Source: a virus (Duplodnaviria > Heunggongvirae > Uroviricota > Caudoviricetes). Taken from it: a DNA stretch of 45,334 nucleotides. The notes beneath the pieces were generated by a model. That model worked only from the letters and a program-made list of their open reading frames with translations, was not told the DNA's origin and did not search any database. Positions within the stretch are counted from its first letter, which is position 1. Each line of letters opens with the position of its first letter. Positions 28,807-38,988 of the stretch are shown piece by piece. A program made the position numbers and the translations under genes. The stretch lies in the IMG/VR virus record IMGVR_UViG_2663763534_000006; one strand, written 5' to 3'.

Positions 28807-28993
28807 NNNNNNNNNNNNNNNNNNNNNNNNNNNNNNNNNNNNNNNNNNNNNNNNNNNNNNNNNNNNNNNNNNNNNNNNNNNNNNNNNNNNNNNNNNNNNN
28901 NNNNNNNNNNNNNNNNNNNNNNNNNNNNNNNNNNNNNNNNNNNNNNNNNNNNNNNNNNNNNNNNNNNNNNNNNNNNNNNNNNNNNNNNNNNNN
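28807..28993. other. Run of 187 N (unresolved or masked sequence) across the U/V junction
   Basis: Literal n characters in the sequence; too short to hold the expected missing U 3' end plus V 5' end. Confidence 0.99.
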
Positions 28994-29392
28994 GGCACGG
29001 TCGATGTGTTCCGTGGCTGGGTCAGCAGTATCGGTAAGGCGGTGACGGCGAAGGAAGTGATCACCCGTACGGTGAAGGTCACCAATGTGGGCCGTCCGTC
29101 AATGGCAGAAGATCGCAGTACGGTGACGGCGGCAACCGGTATGACCGTGACGCCTGCCAGCTCCTCGGTGGTGAAAGGGCAGAGCACCACGCTGACCGTG
29201 GCCTTCCAGCCGGAGGGCGCAACTGACAAGAGCTTCCGTGCGGTGTCAGCGGATAAAACAAAAGCCACCGTGTCGGTCAGTGGTATGACCATCACCGTGA
29301 ACGGCGTTGCTGCAGGCAAGGTCAACATTCCGGTTGTATCCGGTAATGGTGAACTTGCTGCGGTTGCAGAAATCACTGTCACCGACAGTTAA
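28994..29392 (+). CDS. V: Major tail protein V (C-terminal portion incl. Ig-like domain; 5' end in N-run)
   Basis: [56 protein letters not shown]... matches the lambda gpV C-terminal region. Confidence 0.8.
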   Translation, partial: GTVDVFRGWVSSIGKAVTAKEVITRTVKVTNVGRPSMAEDRSTVTAATGMTVTPASSSVVKGQSTTLTVAFQPEGATDKSFRAVSADKTKATVSVSGMTITVNGVAAGKVNIPVVSGNGELAAVAEITVTDS

Positions 29393-29407
29393 TCCGGAGA
29401 GTCAGCG

Positions 29408-29830
29408 ATGTTCCTGAAAACCGAATCATTTGAACATAACGGCGTGACCGTCACGCTTTCTGAACTGTCAGCCCTGCAGCGTATTGAGCATCTCGCCCTG
29501 ATGAAACAGCAGGCAGAACAGGCGGAGTCAGACAGCAACCGGCAGGTTACTGTGGAAGACGCCATCAGAACCGGTGCTTTTGTGGTGGCGATGTCCCTGT
29601 GGCATAACCATCCGCAGAAGACAAAGCAGCCTTCCATGAATGAAGCCGTTAAACAGATTGAGCAGGAAGTGCTTACCACCTGGCCCGCGGAGGCAATTTC
29701 TCATGCTGAAAACGTGGTGTACCGGCTGTCCGGTATGTATGGGTTTGTGGTGAATGATGCCCCTGACCAGGCAGAGGACTCCGGGCCTGCAGAGCCTGTT
29801 TCTGCGGGAAAGTGTTCGACGGTGAGCTGA
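29408..29830 (+). CDS. G: Tail assembly chaperone G
   Basis: 140-aa ORF MFLKTESFEHNGVTVTLSELSALQRIEHL, lambda gpG-like. Confidence 0.85.
   Translation: MFLKTESFEHNGVTVTLSELSALQRIEHLALMKQQAEQAESDSNRQVTVEDAIRTGAFVVAMSLWHNHPQKTKQPSMNEAVKQIEQEVLTTWPAEAISHAENVVYRLSGMYGFVVNDAPDQAEDSGPAEPVSAGKCSTVS
29806..29812 (+). other. Programmed -1 frameshift slippery site (G GGA AAG) for the G-T fusion
   Basis: Heptamer GGGAAAG near the 3' end of G; the T frame continues open to 30246. Confidence 0.6.
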
Positions 29831-30246
29831 GTTTTGCCCTGAAACTGGCGCGAGAGATGGGGCGACCTGACTGGCGCGCCATGCTTGCCGGGATGTCATC
29901 CACGGAGTATGCCGACTGGCACCGCTTTTACAGTACCCATTATTTTCATGATGTTCTGCTGGATATGCACTTTTCCGGGCTGACGTACACTGTGCTCAGC
30001 CTGTTTTTCAGCGATCCGGATATGCATCCGCTGGATTTCAGTTTGCTGAACCGGCGTGAGGATGACGAAGAGCCTGAAGATGATGTGCTGATGCAGAAAG
30101 CGGCAGGGCTTGCCGGAGGCGTCCGCTTTGCCCCGGACGGAAATGAAGTTATCCCCGCTTCCCCGGATATGGCGGGCATGACGGAGGATGACGTAATGCT
30201 GATGACAGTATCAGAAGGGATCGCAGGAGGAGTCCGGTATGGCTGA
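29812..30246 (+). CDS. T: Tail assembly protein T frame (expressed as G-T fusion)
   Basis: -1 frame ORF overlapping the G 3' end, lambda gpT-like. Confidence 0.75.
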   Translation: MFDGELSFALKLAREMGRPDWRAMLAGMSSTEYADWHRFYSTHYFHDVLLDMHFSGLTYTVLSLFFSDPDMHPLDFSLLNRREDDEEPEDDVLMQKAAGLAGGVRFAPDGNEVIPASPDMAGMTEDDVMLMTVSEGIAGGVRYG

Positions 30247-32381
30247 ACCGGTAGGCGATCTGGTCGTTGATTTAAGTCTGGATGCGGCCAGATTTGACGA
30301 GCAGATGGCCAGAGTCAGGCGTCATTTTTCCGGTACGGAAAGTGATGCGAAAAAAACAGCGGCAGTCGTTGAACAGTCGNNNNNNNNNNNNNNNNNNNNN
30401 NNNNNNNNNNNNNNNNNNNNNNNNNNNNNNNNNNNNNNNNNNNNNNNNNNNNNNNNNNNNNNNNNNNNNNNNNNNNNNNNNNNNNNNNNNNNNNNNNNNN
30501 NNNNNNNNNNNNNNNNNNNNNNNNNNNNNNNNNNNNAAGGACTCCTTCGGCGGGATGATCCCCATGTTCCGGGGGCTTGCCGGTGCGATCACCCTGCCGA
30601 TGGTCGGGGCCACCTCGCTGGCGGTGGCGACCGGTGCGCTGGCGTATGCCTGGTATCAGGGNNNNNNNNNNNNNNNNNNNNNNNNNNNNNNNNNNNNNNN
30701 NNNNNNNNNNNNNNNNNNNNNNNNNNNNNNNNNNNNNNNNNNNNNNNNNNNNNNNNNNNNNNNNNNNNNNNNNNNNNNNNNNNNNNNNNNNNNNNNNNNN
30801 NNNNNNNNNNNNNNNNNNNNNNNNNCCGGGGCATTGCAGGCGGCGAACGAGGCCGCAACGAAAGGGTTTGATGACCAGACCCGACGCCTGAAAGAGAACA
30901 TGGGCACGCTGGAAACCTGGGCAGACAGGACAGCACGGGCATTCAAATCCATGTGGGATGCGGTGCTGGATATTGGTCGTCCTGATACCGCTCAGGAGAT
31001 GCTGATTAAGGCAGAGGCTGCGTTTAAGAAAGCGGACGACATCTGGAATCTGCGCAAGGATGATTATTTTGTTAACGATGAAGCGCGGGCGCGTTACTGG
31101 GATGACCGTGAAAAGGCCCGTCTTGCGCTTAAAGCCGCCCGAAAGAAGGCTGAACAGCAGAGTCAACAGGACAAAAATGCGCAGCAGCAGAGCGATACCG
31201 AAGCGTCACGGCTGAAATATACCGAAGAGGCGCAGAAGGCTTACAAACGGCTGCAGACGCCGCTGGAGAAATATACCGCCCGTCAGGAAGAACTGAACAA
31301 GGCACTGAAAGACGGGAAAATCCTGCAGGCGGATTACAACACGCTGATGGCGGCGGCGAAAAAGGATTATGAAGCGACGCTGAAAAAGCCGAAACAGTCC
31401 GGCGTGAAGGTGTCTGCGGGCGATCGTCAGGAAGACAGTGCTCATGCTGCCCTGCTGACGCTTCAGGCAGAACTCCGGACGCTGGAGAAGCATGCCGGAG
31501 CGAATGAGAAAATCAGCCAGCAGCGCCGGGATTTGTGGAAGGCAGAAAGTCAGTTCGCGGTACTGGAGGAGGCGGCACAACGTCGCCAGCTGTCCGCACA
31601 GGAGAAATCCCTGCTGGCGCATAAAGATGAGACGCTGGAGTACAAACGCCAGCTGGCTGCACTTGGCGACAAGGTTACGTATCAGGAGCGCCTGAACGCG
31701 CTGGCGCAGCAGGCGGATAAATTCGCACAGCAGCAACGGGCAAAACGGGCCGCNNNNNNNNNNNNNNNNNNNNNNNNNNNNNNNNNNNNNNNNNNNNNNN
31801 NNNNNNNNCAGAATATGGCGGCGATGCTGACCGGCAGTGAACAGAACTGGCGCAGCTTCACCCGTTCCGTGCTGTCCATGATGACAGAAATTCTGCTTAA
31901 GCAGGCAATGGTGGGGATTGTCGGGAGTATCGGCAGCGCCATTGGCGGGGCTGTTGGTGGCGGCGCATCCGCGTCAGGCGGTACAGCCATTCAGGCCGCT
32001 GCGGCGAAATTCCATTTTGCAACCGGAGGATTCACAGGAACCGGCGGCAAATATGAGCCAGCGGGGATTGTTCACCGTGGTGAATTTGTCTTCACGAAGG
32101 AGGCAACCAGCCGGATTGGCGTGGGGAATCTCTACCGGCTGATGCGCGGCTATGCCACCGGCGGTTATGTCGGTGGCACCGGAAGTCCGGCGCAAATGCG
32201 GCGTTCAGAGGGTATCAGGTTTGAGCAGAACAACAACGTGGTGATTCAGAACGACGGTACGAATGGTCTGCCAGGTCCACAGATGATGAAGGCGGTGTAT
32301 GACATGGCCCGCAAGGGTGCCCGTGATGAAATCCAGGCACAGATGCGCGATGGTGGTCTGTTCTCCGGAGGTGGACGATGA
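30239..32381 (+). CDS. H: Tail tape measure protein H (interrupted by three N-runs)
   Basis: Starts MAEPVGDLVVDLSLDAARFDEQMARVRRHFSGTESDAKK and ends ...MRDGGLFSGGGR, matching lambda gpH; N-runs at 30380-30536, 30662-30825 and 31754-31808; the frame changes across the first. Confidence 0.85.
30380..30536. other. Run of 157 N inside H
   Basis: Literal n characters; length not a multiple of 3 and the reading frame differs on either side. Confidence 0.99.
30662..30825. other. Run of 164 N inside H
   Basis: Literal n characters. Confidence 0.99.
31754..31808. other. Run of 55 N inside H
   Basis: Literal n characters. Confidence 0.99.
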
Positions 32382-32707
32382 AAACCTTCCGCTGGAAAGT
32401 GAAACCCGGTATGGATGTGGCTTCGGCCCCTTCCGTAAGAAAGGTGCGCTTTGGTGATGGCTATTCCCAGCGAGCGCCTGCCGGGCTGAACGCTGACCTG
32501 AAAACGTACAGCGTGACGCTTTCTGTTCCCCGTTGGGAGGCCACAGCGCTGGAGTCGTTTCTGGCTGAGCACGGGGGCTGGAAAGCCTTTCTGTGGACGC
32601 CGCCTTATGAGTGGCGGCAGATAAAGGTGACCTGCGCAAAATGGTCGTCGCGGGTCAGTATGCTGCGTGTTGAGTTCAGCGCAGAGTTTGAACAGGTGGT
32701 GAACTGA
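32378..32707 (+). CDS. M: Tail tip protein M
   Basis: 109-aa ORF overlapping the H stop; lambda gpM-like. Confidence 0.9.
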   Translation: MKTFRWKVKPGMDVASAPSVRKVRFGDGYSQRAPAGLNADLKTYSVTLSVPRWEATALESFLAEHGGWKAFLWTPPYEWRQIKVTCAKWSSRVSMLRVEFSAEFEQVVN

Positions 32708-33405
32708 TGCAGGATATCCGGCAGGAAACACTGAATGAATGCACCCGTGCGGAGCAGTCGGCCAGCGTGGTGCTCTGGGAAATCGACCTGACAGAGGTCG
32801 GTGGAGAACGTTATTTTTTCTGTAATGAGCAGAACGAAAAAGGTGAGCCGGTCACCTGGCAGGGGCGACAGTATCAGCCGTATCCCATTCAGGGGAGTGG
32901 TTTTGAACTGAATGGCAAAGGCACCAGTACGCGCCCCACGCTGACGGTTTCTAACCTGTACGGTATGGTCACCGGGATGGCGGAAGATCTGCAGAGTCTG
33001 GTCGGCGGAACGGTGGTCCGGCGTAAGGTTTACGCCCGTTTTCTGGATGCGGTGAACTTCGCCAGCGGAAACAGTGACGCCGATCCGGAGCAGGAGGTGA
33101 TCAGCCGCTGGCGCATCGAGCAGTGCAGCGAACTGAGCGCGGTGAGTGCCTCCTTTGTACTGTCCACGCCGACGGAAACGGATGGCGCTGTTTTTCCGGG
33201 GCGCATCATGCTGGCCAACACCTGCACCTGGACCTATCGCGGTGACGAGTGCGGTTATAGCGGTCCGGCTGTCGCGGATGAATATGACCAGCCGACGTCC
33301 GATATCACGAAGGATAAATGCAGCAAATGCCTGAGTGGCTGTAAGTTTCGCAATAACGTCGGCAACTTTGGCGGCTTCCTTTCCATTAACAAACTTTCGC
33401 AGTAA
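32707..33405 (+). CDS. L: Tail tip protein L
   Basis: 232-aa ORF with C-terminal Cys cluster (CSKCLSGCKFRNN), lambda gpL-like. Confidence 0.9.
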   Translation: MQDIRQETLNECTRAEQSASVVLWEIDLTEVGGERYFFCNEQNEKGEPVTWQGRQYQPYPIQGSGFELNGKGTSTRPTLTVSNLYGMVTGMAEDLQSLVGGTVVRRKVYARFLDAVNFASGNSDADPEQEVISRWRIEQCSELSAVSASFVLSTPTETDGAVFPGRIMLANTCTWTYRGDECGYSGPAVADEYDQPTSDITKDKCSKCLSGCKFRNNVGNFGGFLSINKLSQ

Positions 33406-33410
33406 ATCCC

Positions 33411-34154
33411 ATGACAGAGACAGAATCAGCGATTCTGGCGCACGCCCGACGATGTGCGCCAGCGGAGTCGTGCGGCTTCGTAGTGAGAACGCCGGAGGGG
33501 GAAAGATATTTTCCCTGCGTGAATATCTCCGGTGAGCCGGAGGAGTATTTCCGGATGTCGCCGGAGGACTGGTTGCGTGCACAAATGCAGGGTGAGATTG
33601 TGGCGCTGGTCCACAGTCATCCCGGTGGTCTGCCCTGGCTGAGTGAGGCCGACCGGCGGCTGCAGGTGCAGAGTGATTTGCCGTGGTGGCTGGTCTGCCG
33701 GGGGGCGATTCATAAGTTCCGCTGTGTGCCGCATCTCACCGGGCGGCGCTTTGAGCACGGGGTGACGGACTGTTACACGCTGTTCCGGGACGCTTACCAT
33801 CTGGCGGGGATTGAGATGCCGGACTTTCATCGTGAGGATGACTGGTGGCGTAACGGCCAGAATCTCTATCTGGATAATCTGGAGGCCACAGGGCTGTATC
33901 AGGTGCCGTTGTCAGCGGCGCAGCCGGGCGATGTGCTGCTGTGCTGTTTTGGTTCATCGGTGCCGAATCATGCCGCCATTTACTGTGGTGACGGCGAGCT
34001 GCTGCACCATATTCCTGAACAACTGAGCAAACGAGAGAGGTACACCGACAAATGGCAGCGACGCACACACTCCCTCTGGCGTCACCGGGCATGGCACGCA
34101 TCTGCCTTTACGGGGATTTACAACGATTTGGCCGCCGCATCGATCTTCGTGTGA
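33411..34154 (+). CDS. K: Tail tip assembly protein K (NlpC/P60-like)
   Basis: ORF starting MTETESAILAHARRCAPAESCGFVV, lambda gpK-like; 3' end overlaps I as in lambda. End coordinate taken from the ORF track. Confidence 0.8.
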   Translation: MTETESAILAHARRCAPAESCGFVVRTPEGERYFPCVNISGEPEEYFRMSPEDWLRAQMQGEIVALVHSHPGGLPWLSEADRRLQVQSDLPWWLVCRGAIHKFRCVPHLTGRRFEHGVTDCYTLFRDAYHLAGIEMPDFHREDDWWRNGQNLYLDNLEATGLYQVPLSAAQPGDVLLCCFGSSVPNHAAIYCGDGELLHHIPEQLSKRERYTDKWQRRTHSLWRHRAWHASAFTGIYNDLAAASIFV

Positions 34155-34723
34155 AAACAGGGGCCGAAGCCATCCGGGCGCTGGCTACACAGCTCCCGGC
34201 GTTTCGTCAGAAACTGAGCGACGGCTGGTATCAGGTACGGATTGCCGGGCGGGATGTCAGCACGTCCGGATTAACGGCGCAGTTACATGAGACTCTGCCT
34301 GATGGCGCTGTGATTCATATTGTTCCCAGAGTCGCCGGGGCCAAGTCAGGGGGTGTATTCCAGATTGTCCTGGGAGCAGCCGCCATTGCCGGATCATTCT
34401 TTACCGCCGGAGCCACCCTTGCAGCATGGGGGGCAGCCATTGGGGCCGGTGGTATGACCGGCATCCTGTTTTCTCTCGGTGCCAGTATGGTGCTCGGCGG
34501 TGTGGCGCAGATGCTGGCACCGAAAGCCAGAACTCCCCGCACACAGACAACGGATAACGGTAAGCAGAACACCTATTTCTCCTCACTGGATAACATGGTT
34601 GCCCAGGGCAATGTTCTGCCTGTTCTGTTCGGTGAAATGCGCGTGGGGTCACGTGTGGCATCTCAGGAGATCAGTACAGCTGATGAAGGTGATGGTGGTG
34701 AAATCGTGGTGATTGGTCGCTGA
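34052..34723 (+). CDS. I: Tail tip assembly protein I
   Basis: 223-aa ORF, lambda gpI-like, overlapping the K 3' end. Confidence 0.85.
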   Translation: MAATHTLPLASPGMARICLYGDLQRFGRRIDLRVKTGAEAIRALATQLPAFRQKLSDGWYQVRIAGRDVSTSGLTAQLHETLPDGAVIHIVPRVAGAKSGGVFQIVLGAAAIAGSFFTAGATLAAWGAAIGAGGMTGILFSLGASMVLGGVAQMLAPKARTPRTQTTDNGKQNTYFSSLDNMVAQGNVLPVLFGEMRVGSRVASQEISTADEGDGGEIVVIGR

Positions 34724-34783
34724 TGGAACATGTTTTATGTGAAACCGCCTGCGGGCGGTTTTGTCGTTTATGGAGCATGAGGA

Positions 34784-37700
34784 ATGGGTAAAGGTAGCAG
34801 TAAGGGGCATACCCCGCGCGAAGCGAAGGACAACCTGAAATCCACGCAGTTGCTGAGTGTGATCGATGTCATCAGCGAAGGGCCGATTGAAGGTCCGGTG
34901 GATGGGTTAAAAAGCGTGCTGCTGAACAGTACGCCGGTGCTGGACAGTGAGGGGAATACCAATATCTCCGGTGTCACGGTGGTGTTCCGGGCAGGTGAGC
35001 AGGAGCAGACACCGCCGGAGGGGTTTGAATCCTCCGGCTCCGAGACGGTGCTGGGTACGGAAGTGAAATATGACACGCCGATCACCCGGACCATCACGTC
35101 GGCAAACATCGACCGTCTGCGCTTTACCTTCGGTGTGCAGGCACTGGTGGAAACCACCTCAAAGGGTGACCGGAATCCGTCGGAAGTCCGCCTGCTGGTT
35201 CAGATACAGCGTAACGGTGGCTGGGTGACGGAAAAAGACATCACCATTAAGGGCAAAACAACTTCACAGTATCTGGCCTCGGTGGTGGTGGATAACCTGC
35301 CGCCGCGCCCGTTTAATATCCGGATGCGCAGGATGACGCCGGACAGCACCACAGACCAGCTGCAGAACAAAACGCTCTGGTCGTCATACACCGAAATCAT
35401 CGATGTGAAACAGTGCTACCCGAACACGGCACTGGTCGGCGTACAGGTGGATTCGGAGCAGTTCGGCAGCCAGCAGGTGAGCCGTAATTATCATCTGCGC
35501 GGGCGTATTCTGCAGGTGCCGTCGAACTATAACCCGCAGACGCGGCAATACAGCGGTATCTGGGACGGAACGTTTAAGCCAGCATACAGCAACAACATGG
35601 CCTGGTGTCTGTGGGATATGCTGACCCATCCTCGCTACGGCATGGGGAAACGTCTTGGTGCAGCAGATGTGGATAAATGGGCGCTGTATGTCATCGGCCA
35701 GAATTGCGACCAGTCGGTGCCTGACGGCTTCGGCGGCACGGAGCCGCGCATCACCTGTAATGCTTACCTGACCACGCAGCGTAAGGCGTGGGATGTTCTC
35801 AGCGATTTCTGCTCGGCGATGCGCTGTATGCCGGTATGGAACGGGCAGACGCTGACGTTCGTGCAGGACCGACCGTCGGATAAGGTGTGGACCTATAACC
35901 GCAGTAATGTGGTGATGCCGGATGATGGCGCGCCGTTCCGCTACAGCTTCAGCGCCCTGAAGGACCGCCATAATGCCGTTGAGGTGAACTGGATTGACCC
36001 GGATAACGGCTGGGAAACGGCAACAGAGCTTGTGGAGGACACGCAGGCCATTGCCCGTTACGGTCGTAACGTCACGAAGATGGATGCCTTTGGCTGTACC
36101 AGCCGGGGGCAGGCACACCGCGCCGGGCTGTGGCTGATTAAAACGGAACTGCTGGAAACGCAGACCGTGGATTTCAGCGTCGGCGCAGAAGGGCTTCGCC
36201 ATGTACCGGGCGATGTTATTGAAATCTGTGATGATGACTATGCCGGTATCAGCACCGGTGGTCGTGTGCTGGCGGTGAACAGCCAGACCCGGACGCTGAC
36301 GCTCGACCGTGAAATCACGCTGCCATCCTCCGGTACCACGCTGATAAGCCTGGTTGACGGTCAGGGTAATCCGGTCAGCGTGGAGGTCCAGTCCGTCACC
36401 GACGGCGTGAAGGTGAAAGTGAGCCGGGTTCCTGACGGCGTTGCAGAATACAGCGTGTGGGGGCTGAAGTTGCCGACGTTGCGCCAGCGCCTGTTCCGCT
36501 GTGTGAGTATCCGTGAGAACGACGACGGCACGTATGCCATCACCGCCGTGCAGCATGTACCGGAAAAAGAGGCCATCGTGGATAACGGGGCGTACTTTGA
36601 CGGCGACCAGAGCGGCACGGTGAATGGTGTCACGCCGCCAGCGGTGCAGCACCTGACCGCCGAAGTCACCGCAGACAGCGGGGAATATCAGGTGCTGGCG
36701 CGCTGGGACACGCCGAAGGTGGTGAAGGGCGTGAGCTTCCTGCTCCGTCTGACCGTAACAGCGGATGACGGCAGTGAGCGGCTGGTCAGCACGGCCCGGA
36801 CGACGGAAACCACATACCGCTTCAGGCAACTGGCGCTGGGGAACTACAGGCTGACAGTCCGGGCGGTAAATGCGTGGGGGCAGCAGGGCGATCCGGCGTC
36901 GGTATCGTTCCGGATTGCCGCACCGGCAGCGCCGTCGCGGATTGAGCTGACGCCGGGCTATTTTCAGATAACCGCCACGCCGTATCTTGCCGTTTATGAT
37001 CCGACGGTACAGTTTGAGTTCTGGTTCTCGGAAAAGCGGATTGCGGATATCAGGCAGGTTGAAACCACAGCTCGCTATCTTGGCACGGCGCTGTACTGGA
37101 TAGCTGCCAGTATCAATATCAAGCCGGGCCATGATTATTATTTTTACATCCGCAGTGTGAACACCGTTGGCAAATCGGCATTCGTGGAGGCTGTTGGCCA
37201 GCCGAGTGATGATGCATCCGGCTATCTGGATTTTTTCAAAGGAGAGATAGGGAAAACCCATCTGGCTCAGGAGTTGTGGACGCAGATTGATAACGGTCAG
37301 CTTGCGCCTGACCTGGCGGAAATCAGAACGTCCATCACGGATGTCAGTAATGAAATCACGCAGACCGTCAATAAGAAACTGGAAGACCAGAGTGCAGCGA
37401 TCCAGCAGATACAGAGGGTTCAGGTTGATACAAATAATAACCTGAACAGCATGTGGGCTGTGAAGCTGCAGCAGATGCAGGACGGACGCCTTTATATCGC
37501 GGGTATTGGTGCCGGTATTGAAAACACCCCTGACGGCATGCAGAGTCAGGTGCTGCTGGCGGCAGACAGGATTGCGATGATTAATCCTGCGAATGGCAAC
37601 ACAAAGCCGATGTTTGTTGGGCAGGGCGATCAGATATACATGAATGAAGTGTTCCTGAAATATCTGACGGCTCCCACCATTACCAGCGGCGGTAATCCTC

Positions 37701-38263
37701 CGGCATTTTCCCTGACACCGGACGGGCGGCTGACGGCGAGAAATGCTGATATCAGCGGTAACGTGAATGCGAACTCCGGGACGCTCAACAACGTCACGAT
37801 TAACGAGAACTGTCGGGTTCTGGGAAAACTGTCCGCGAACCAGATTGAAGGCGATCTCGTTAAAACAGTGGGCAAAGCTTTCCCCCGGGACTCCCGTGCA
37901 CCGGAGCGGTGGCCATCAGGAACCATTACCGTCAGGGTTTATGACGATCAGCCGTTTGACCGGCAAATTGTTATTCCGGCGGTGGCTTTCAGCGGTGCCA
38001 GACATGAACGGGAGAATAGCGATACTTATTCGTCATGCCGCCTGATAGTGAAGAAAAACGGGGCTGAAATTTATAACCGAACGGCTCTGGATAATACTCT
38101 GATTTACACGGGTGTTATTGATATGCCTGCAGGCAGTGGCGTAATGACACTGGAGTTTTCGGTATCAGCATGGTGGGTAAATGGCTGGTATCCCACAGCA
38201 AGTATCAGCGATTTGCTGGTTGTGGTGATGAAGAAAGCCACCGCAGGCATCAGTATCAGCTGA
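34784..38263 (+). CDS. J: Central tail fibre / host specificity protein J
   Basis: 1159-aa ORF starting [29 protein letters not shown], lambda gpJ-like throughout. Confidence 0.95.
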   Translation: MGKGSSKGHTPREAKDNLKSTQLLSVIDVISEGPIEGPVDGLKSVLLNSTPVLDSEGNTNISGVTVVFRAGEQEQTPPEGFESSGSETVLGTEVKYDTPITRTITSANIDRLRFTFGVQALVETTSKGDRNPSEVRLLVQIQRNGGWVTEKDITIKGKTTSQYLASVVVDNLPPRPFNIRMRRMTPDSTTDQLQNKTLWSSYTEIIDVKQCYPNTALVGVQVDSEQFGSQQVSRNYHLRGRILQVPSNYNPQTRQYSGIWDGTFKPAYSNNMAWCLWDMLTHPRYGMGKRLGAADVDKWALYVIGQNCDQSVPDGFGGTEPRITCNAYLTTQRKAWDVLSDFCSAMRCMPVWNGQTLTFVQDRPSDKVWTYNRSNVVMPDDGAPFRYSFSALKDRHNAVEVNWIDPDNGWETATELVEDTQAIARYGRNVTKMDAFGCTSRGQAHRAGLWLIKTELLETQTVDFSVGAEGLRHVPGDVIEICDDDYAGISTGGRVLAVNSQTRTLTLDREITLPSSGTTLISLVDGQGNPVSVEVQSVTDGVKVKVSRVPDGVAEYSVWGLKLPTLRQRLFRCVSIRENDDGTYAITAVQHVPEKEAIVDNGAYFDGDQSGTVNGVTPPAVQHLTAEVTADSGEYQVLARWDTPKVVKGVSFLLRLTVTADDGSERLVSTARTTETTYRFRQLALGNYRLTVRAVNAWGQQGDPASVSFRIAAPAAPSRIELTPGYFQITATPYLAVYDPTVQFEFWFSEKRIADIRQVETTARYLGTALYWIAASINIKPGHDYYFYIRSVNTVGKSAFVEAVGQPSDDASGYLDFFKGEIGKTHLAQELWTQIDNGQLAPDLAEIRTSITDVSNEITQTVNKKLEDQSAAIQQIQRVQVDTNNNLNSMWAVKLQQMQDGRLYIAGIGAGIENTPDGMQSQVLLAADRIAMINPANGNTKPMFVGQGDQIYMNEVFLKYLTAPTITSGGNPPAFSLTPDGRLTARNADISGNVNANSGTLNNVTINENCRVLGKLSANQIEGDLVKTVGKAFPRDSRAPERWPSGTITVRVYDDQPFDRQIVIPAVAFSGARHERENSDTYSSCRLIVKKNGAEIYNRTALDNTLIYTGVIDMPAGSGVMTLEFSVSAWWVNGWYPTASISDLLVVVMKKATAGISIS

Positions 38264-38282
38264 ATTTTATAACCCCAATACG

Positions 38283-38308
38283 GGCGTCAGAAATGACGCC
38301 TTTTTTAT
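38283..38308 (+). terminator. Intrinsic terminator after J
   Basis: Hairpin GGCGTCAgaaaTGACGCC followed by TTTTTTATT. Confidence 0.5.
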
Positions 38309-38330
38309 TGCAGAAAAGCGAGAGGTAATT

Positions 38331-38930
38331 ATGCGTAAATTATGTGCTGTTATTCTGTCCGCAGTAGTCTGGCTGGTTGCCGCTGGTACGCCAGCGAGCG
38401 CAGCAGAGCATCAGTCCACACTAAGCGCCGGGTATCTTCAGACCCATACTGATATGCCAGGCAGTGATGACCTGAAGGGCATTAACGTGAAATACCGTTA
38501 TGAATTTACGGACACGCTGGGGCTGGTGACGTCATTCAGTTATGCCAATGCCAAAGATGAGCAAAAAACGCATTACAGCGATACCCGCTGGCATGAAGAT
38601 TCAGTGCGTAACCGCTGGTTCAGCATGATGGCGGGGCCATCTGTACGCGTGAATGAATGGTTCAGTGCTTATGCGATGGCAGGTGTGGCTTACAGCCGTG
38701 TTTCGACGTTCTCCGGGGATTATCTCCGCGTAACTGACAACAAGGGGAAAACGCACGATGTGCTGACCGGAAGTGATGATGATCGCCACAGCAACACGTC
38801 TCTGGCGTGGGGAGCTGGCGTGCAGTTTAACCCGACCGAATCCGTGGCCATTGATATTACTTATGAAGGCTCCGGCAGTGGTGACTGGCGCACTGACGGT
38901 TTCATCGTGGGTGTCGGTTATAAATTCTGA
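38331..38930 (+). CDS. lom: Lom outer-membrane protein (Ail/Lom family)
   Basis: 199-aa ORF with signal peptide and C-terminal ...GVGYKF beta-barrel terminus; lambda Lom-like. Confidence 0.9.
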   Translation: MRKLCAVILSAVVWLVAAGTPASAAEHQSTLSAGYLQTHTDMPGSDDLKGINVKYRYEFTDTLGLVTSFSYANAKDEQKTHYSDTRWHEDSVRNRWFSMMAGPSVRVNEWFSAYAMAGVAYSRVSTFSGDYLRVTDNKGKTHDVLTGSDDDRHSNTSLAWGAGVQFNPTESVAIDITYEGSGSGDWRTDGFIVGVGYKF

Positions 38931-38956
38931 TTAGCCAGGTAACACAGTGTTATGAC

Positions 38957-38984
38957 AGCCCGCCGGTTCAGGCGGGCTTTTTTG
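38957..38984 (+). terminator. Intrinsic terminator after lom
   Basis: Hairpin AGCCCGCCggttcagGCGGGCT followed by TTTTTTG. Confidence 0.5.
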
Positions 38985-38988
38985 TGGA

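Noticed and set aside
32605-33582. 325-aa reverse-strand ORF spanning M, L and K
   Set aside because: Antisense to three well-supported tail genes; composition typical of a GC-rich shadow frame.
35384-37261. 625-aa reverse-strand ORF inside J
   Set aside because: Lies entirely antisense to the strongly supported J gene in a GC-rich region; an Arg/Pro/Ala-rich shadow ORF typical of antisense frames, with no independent start context.
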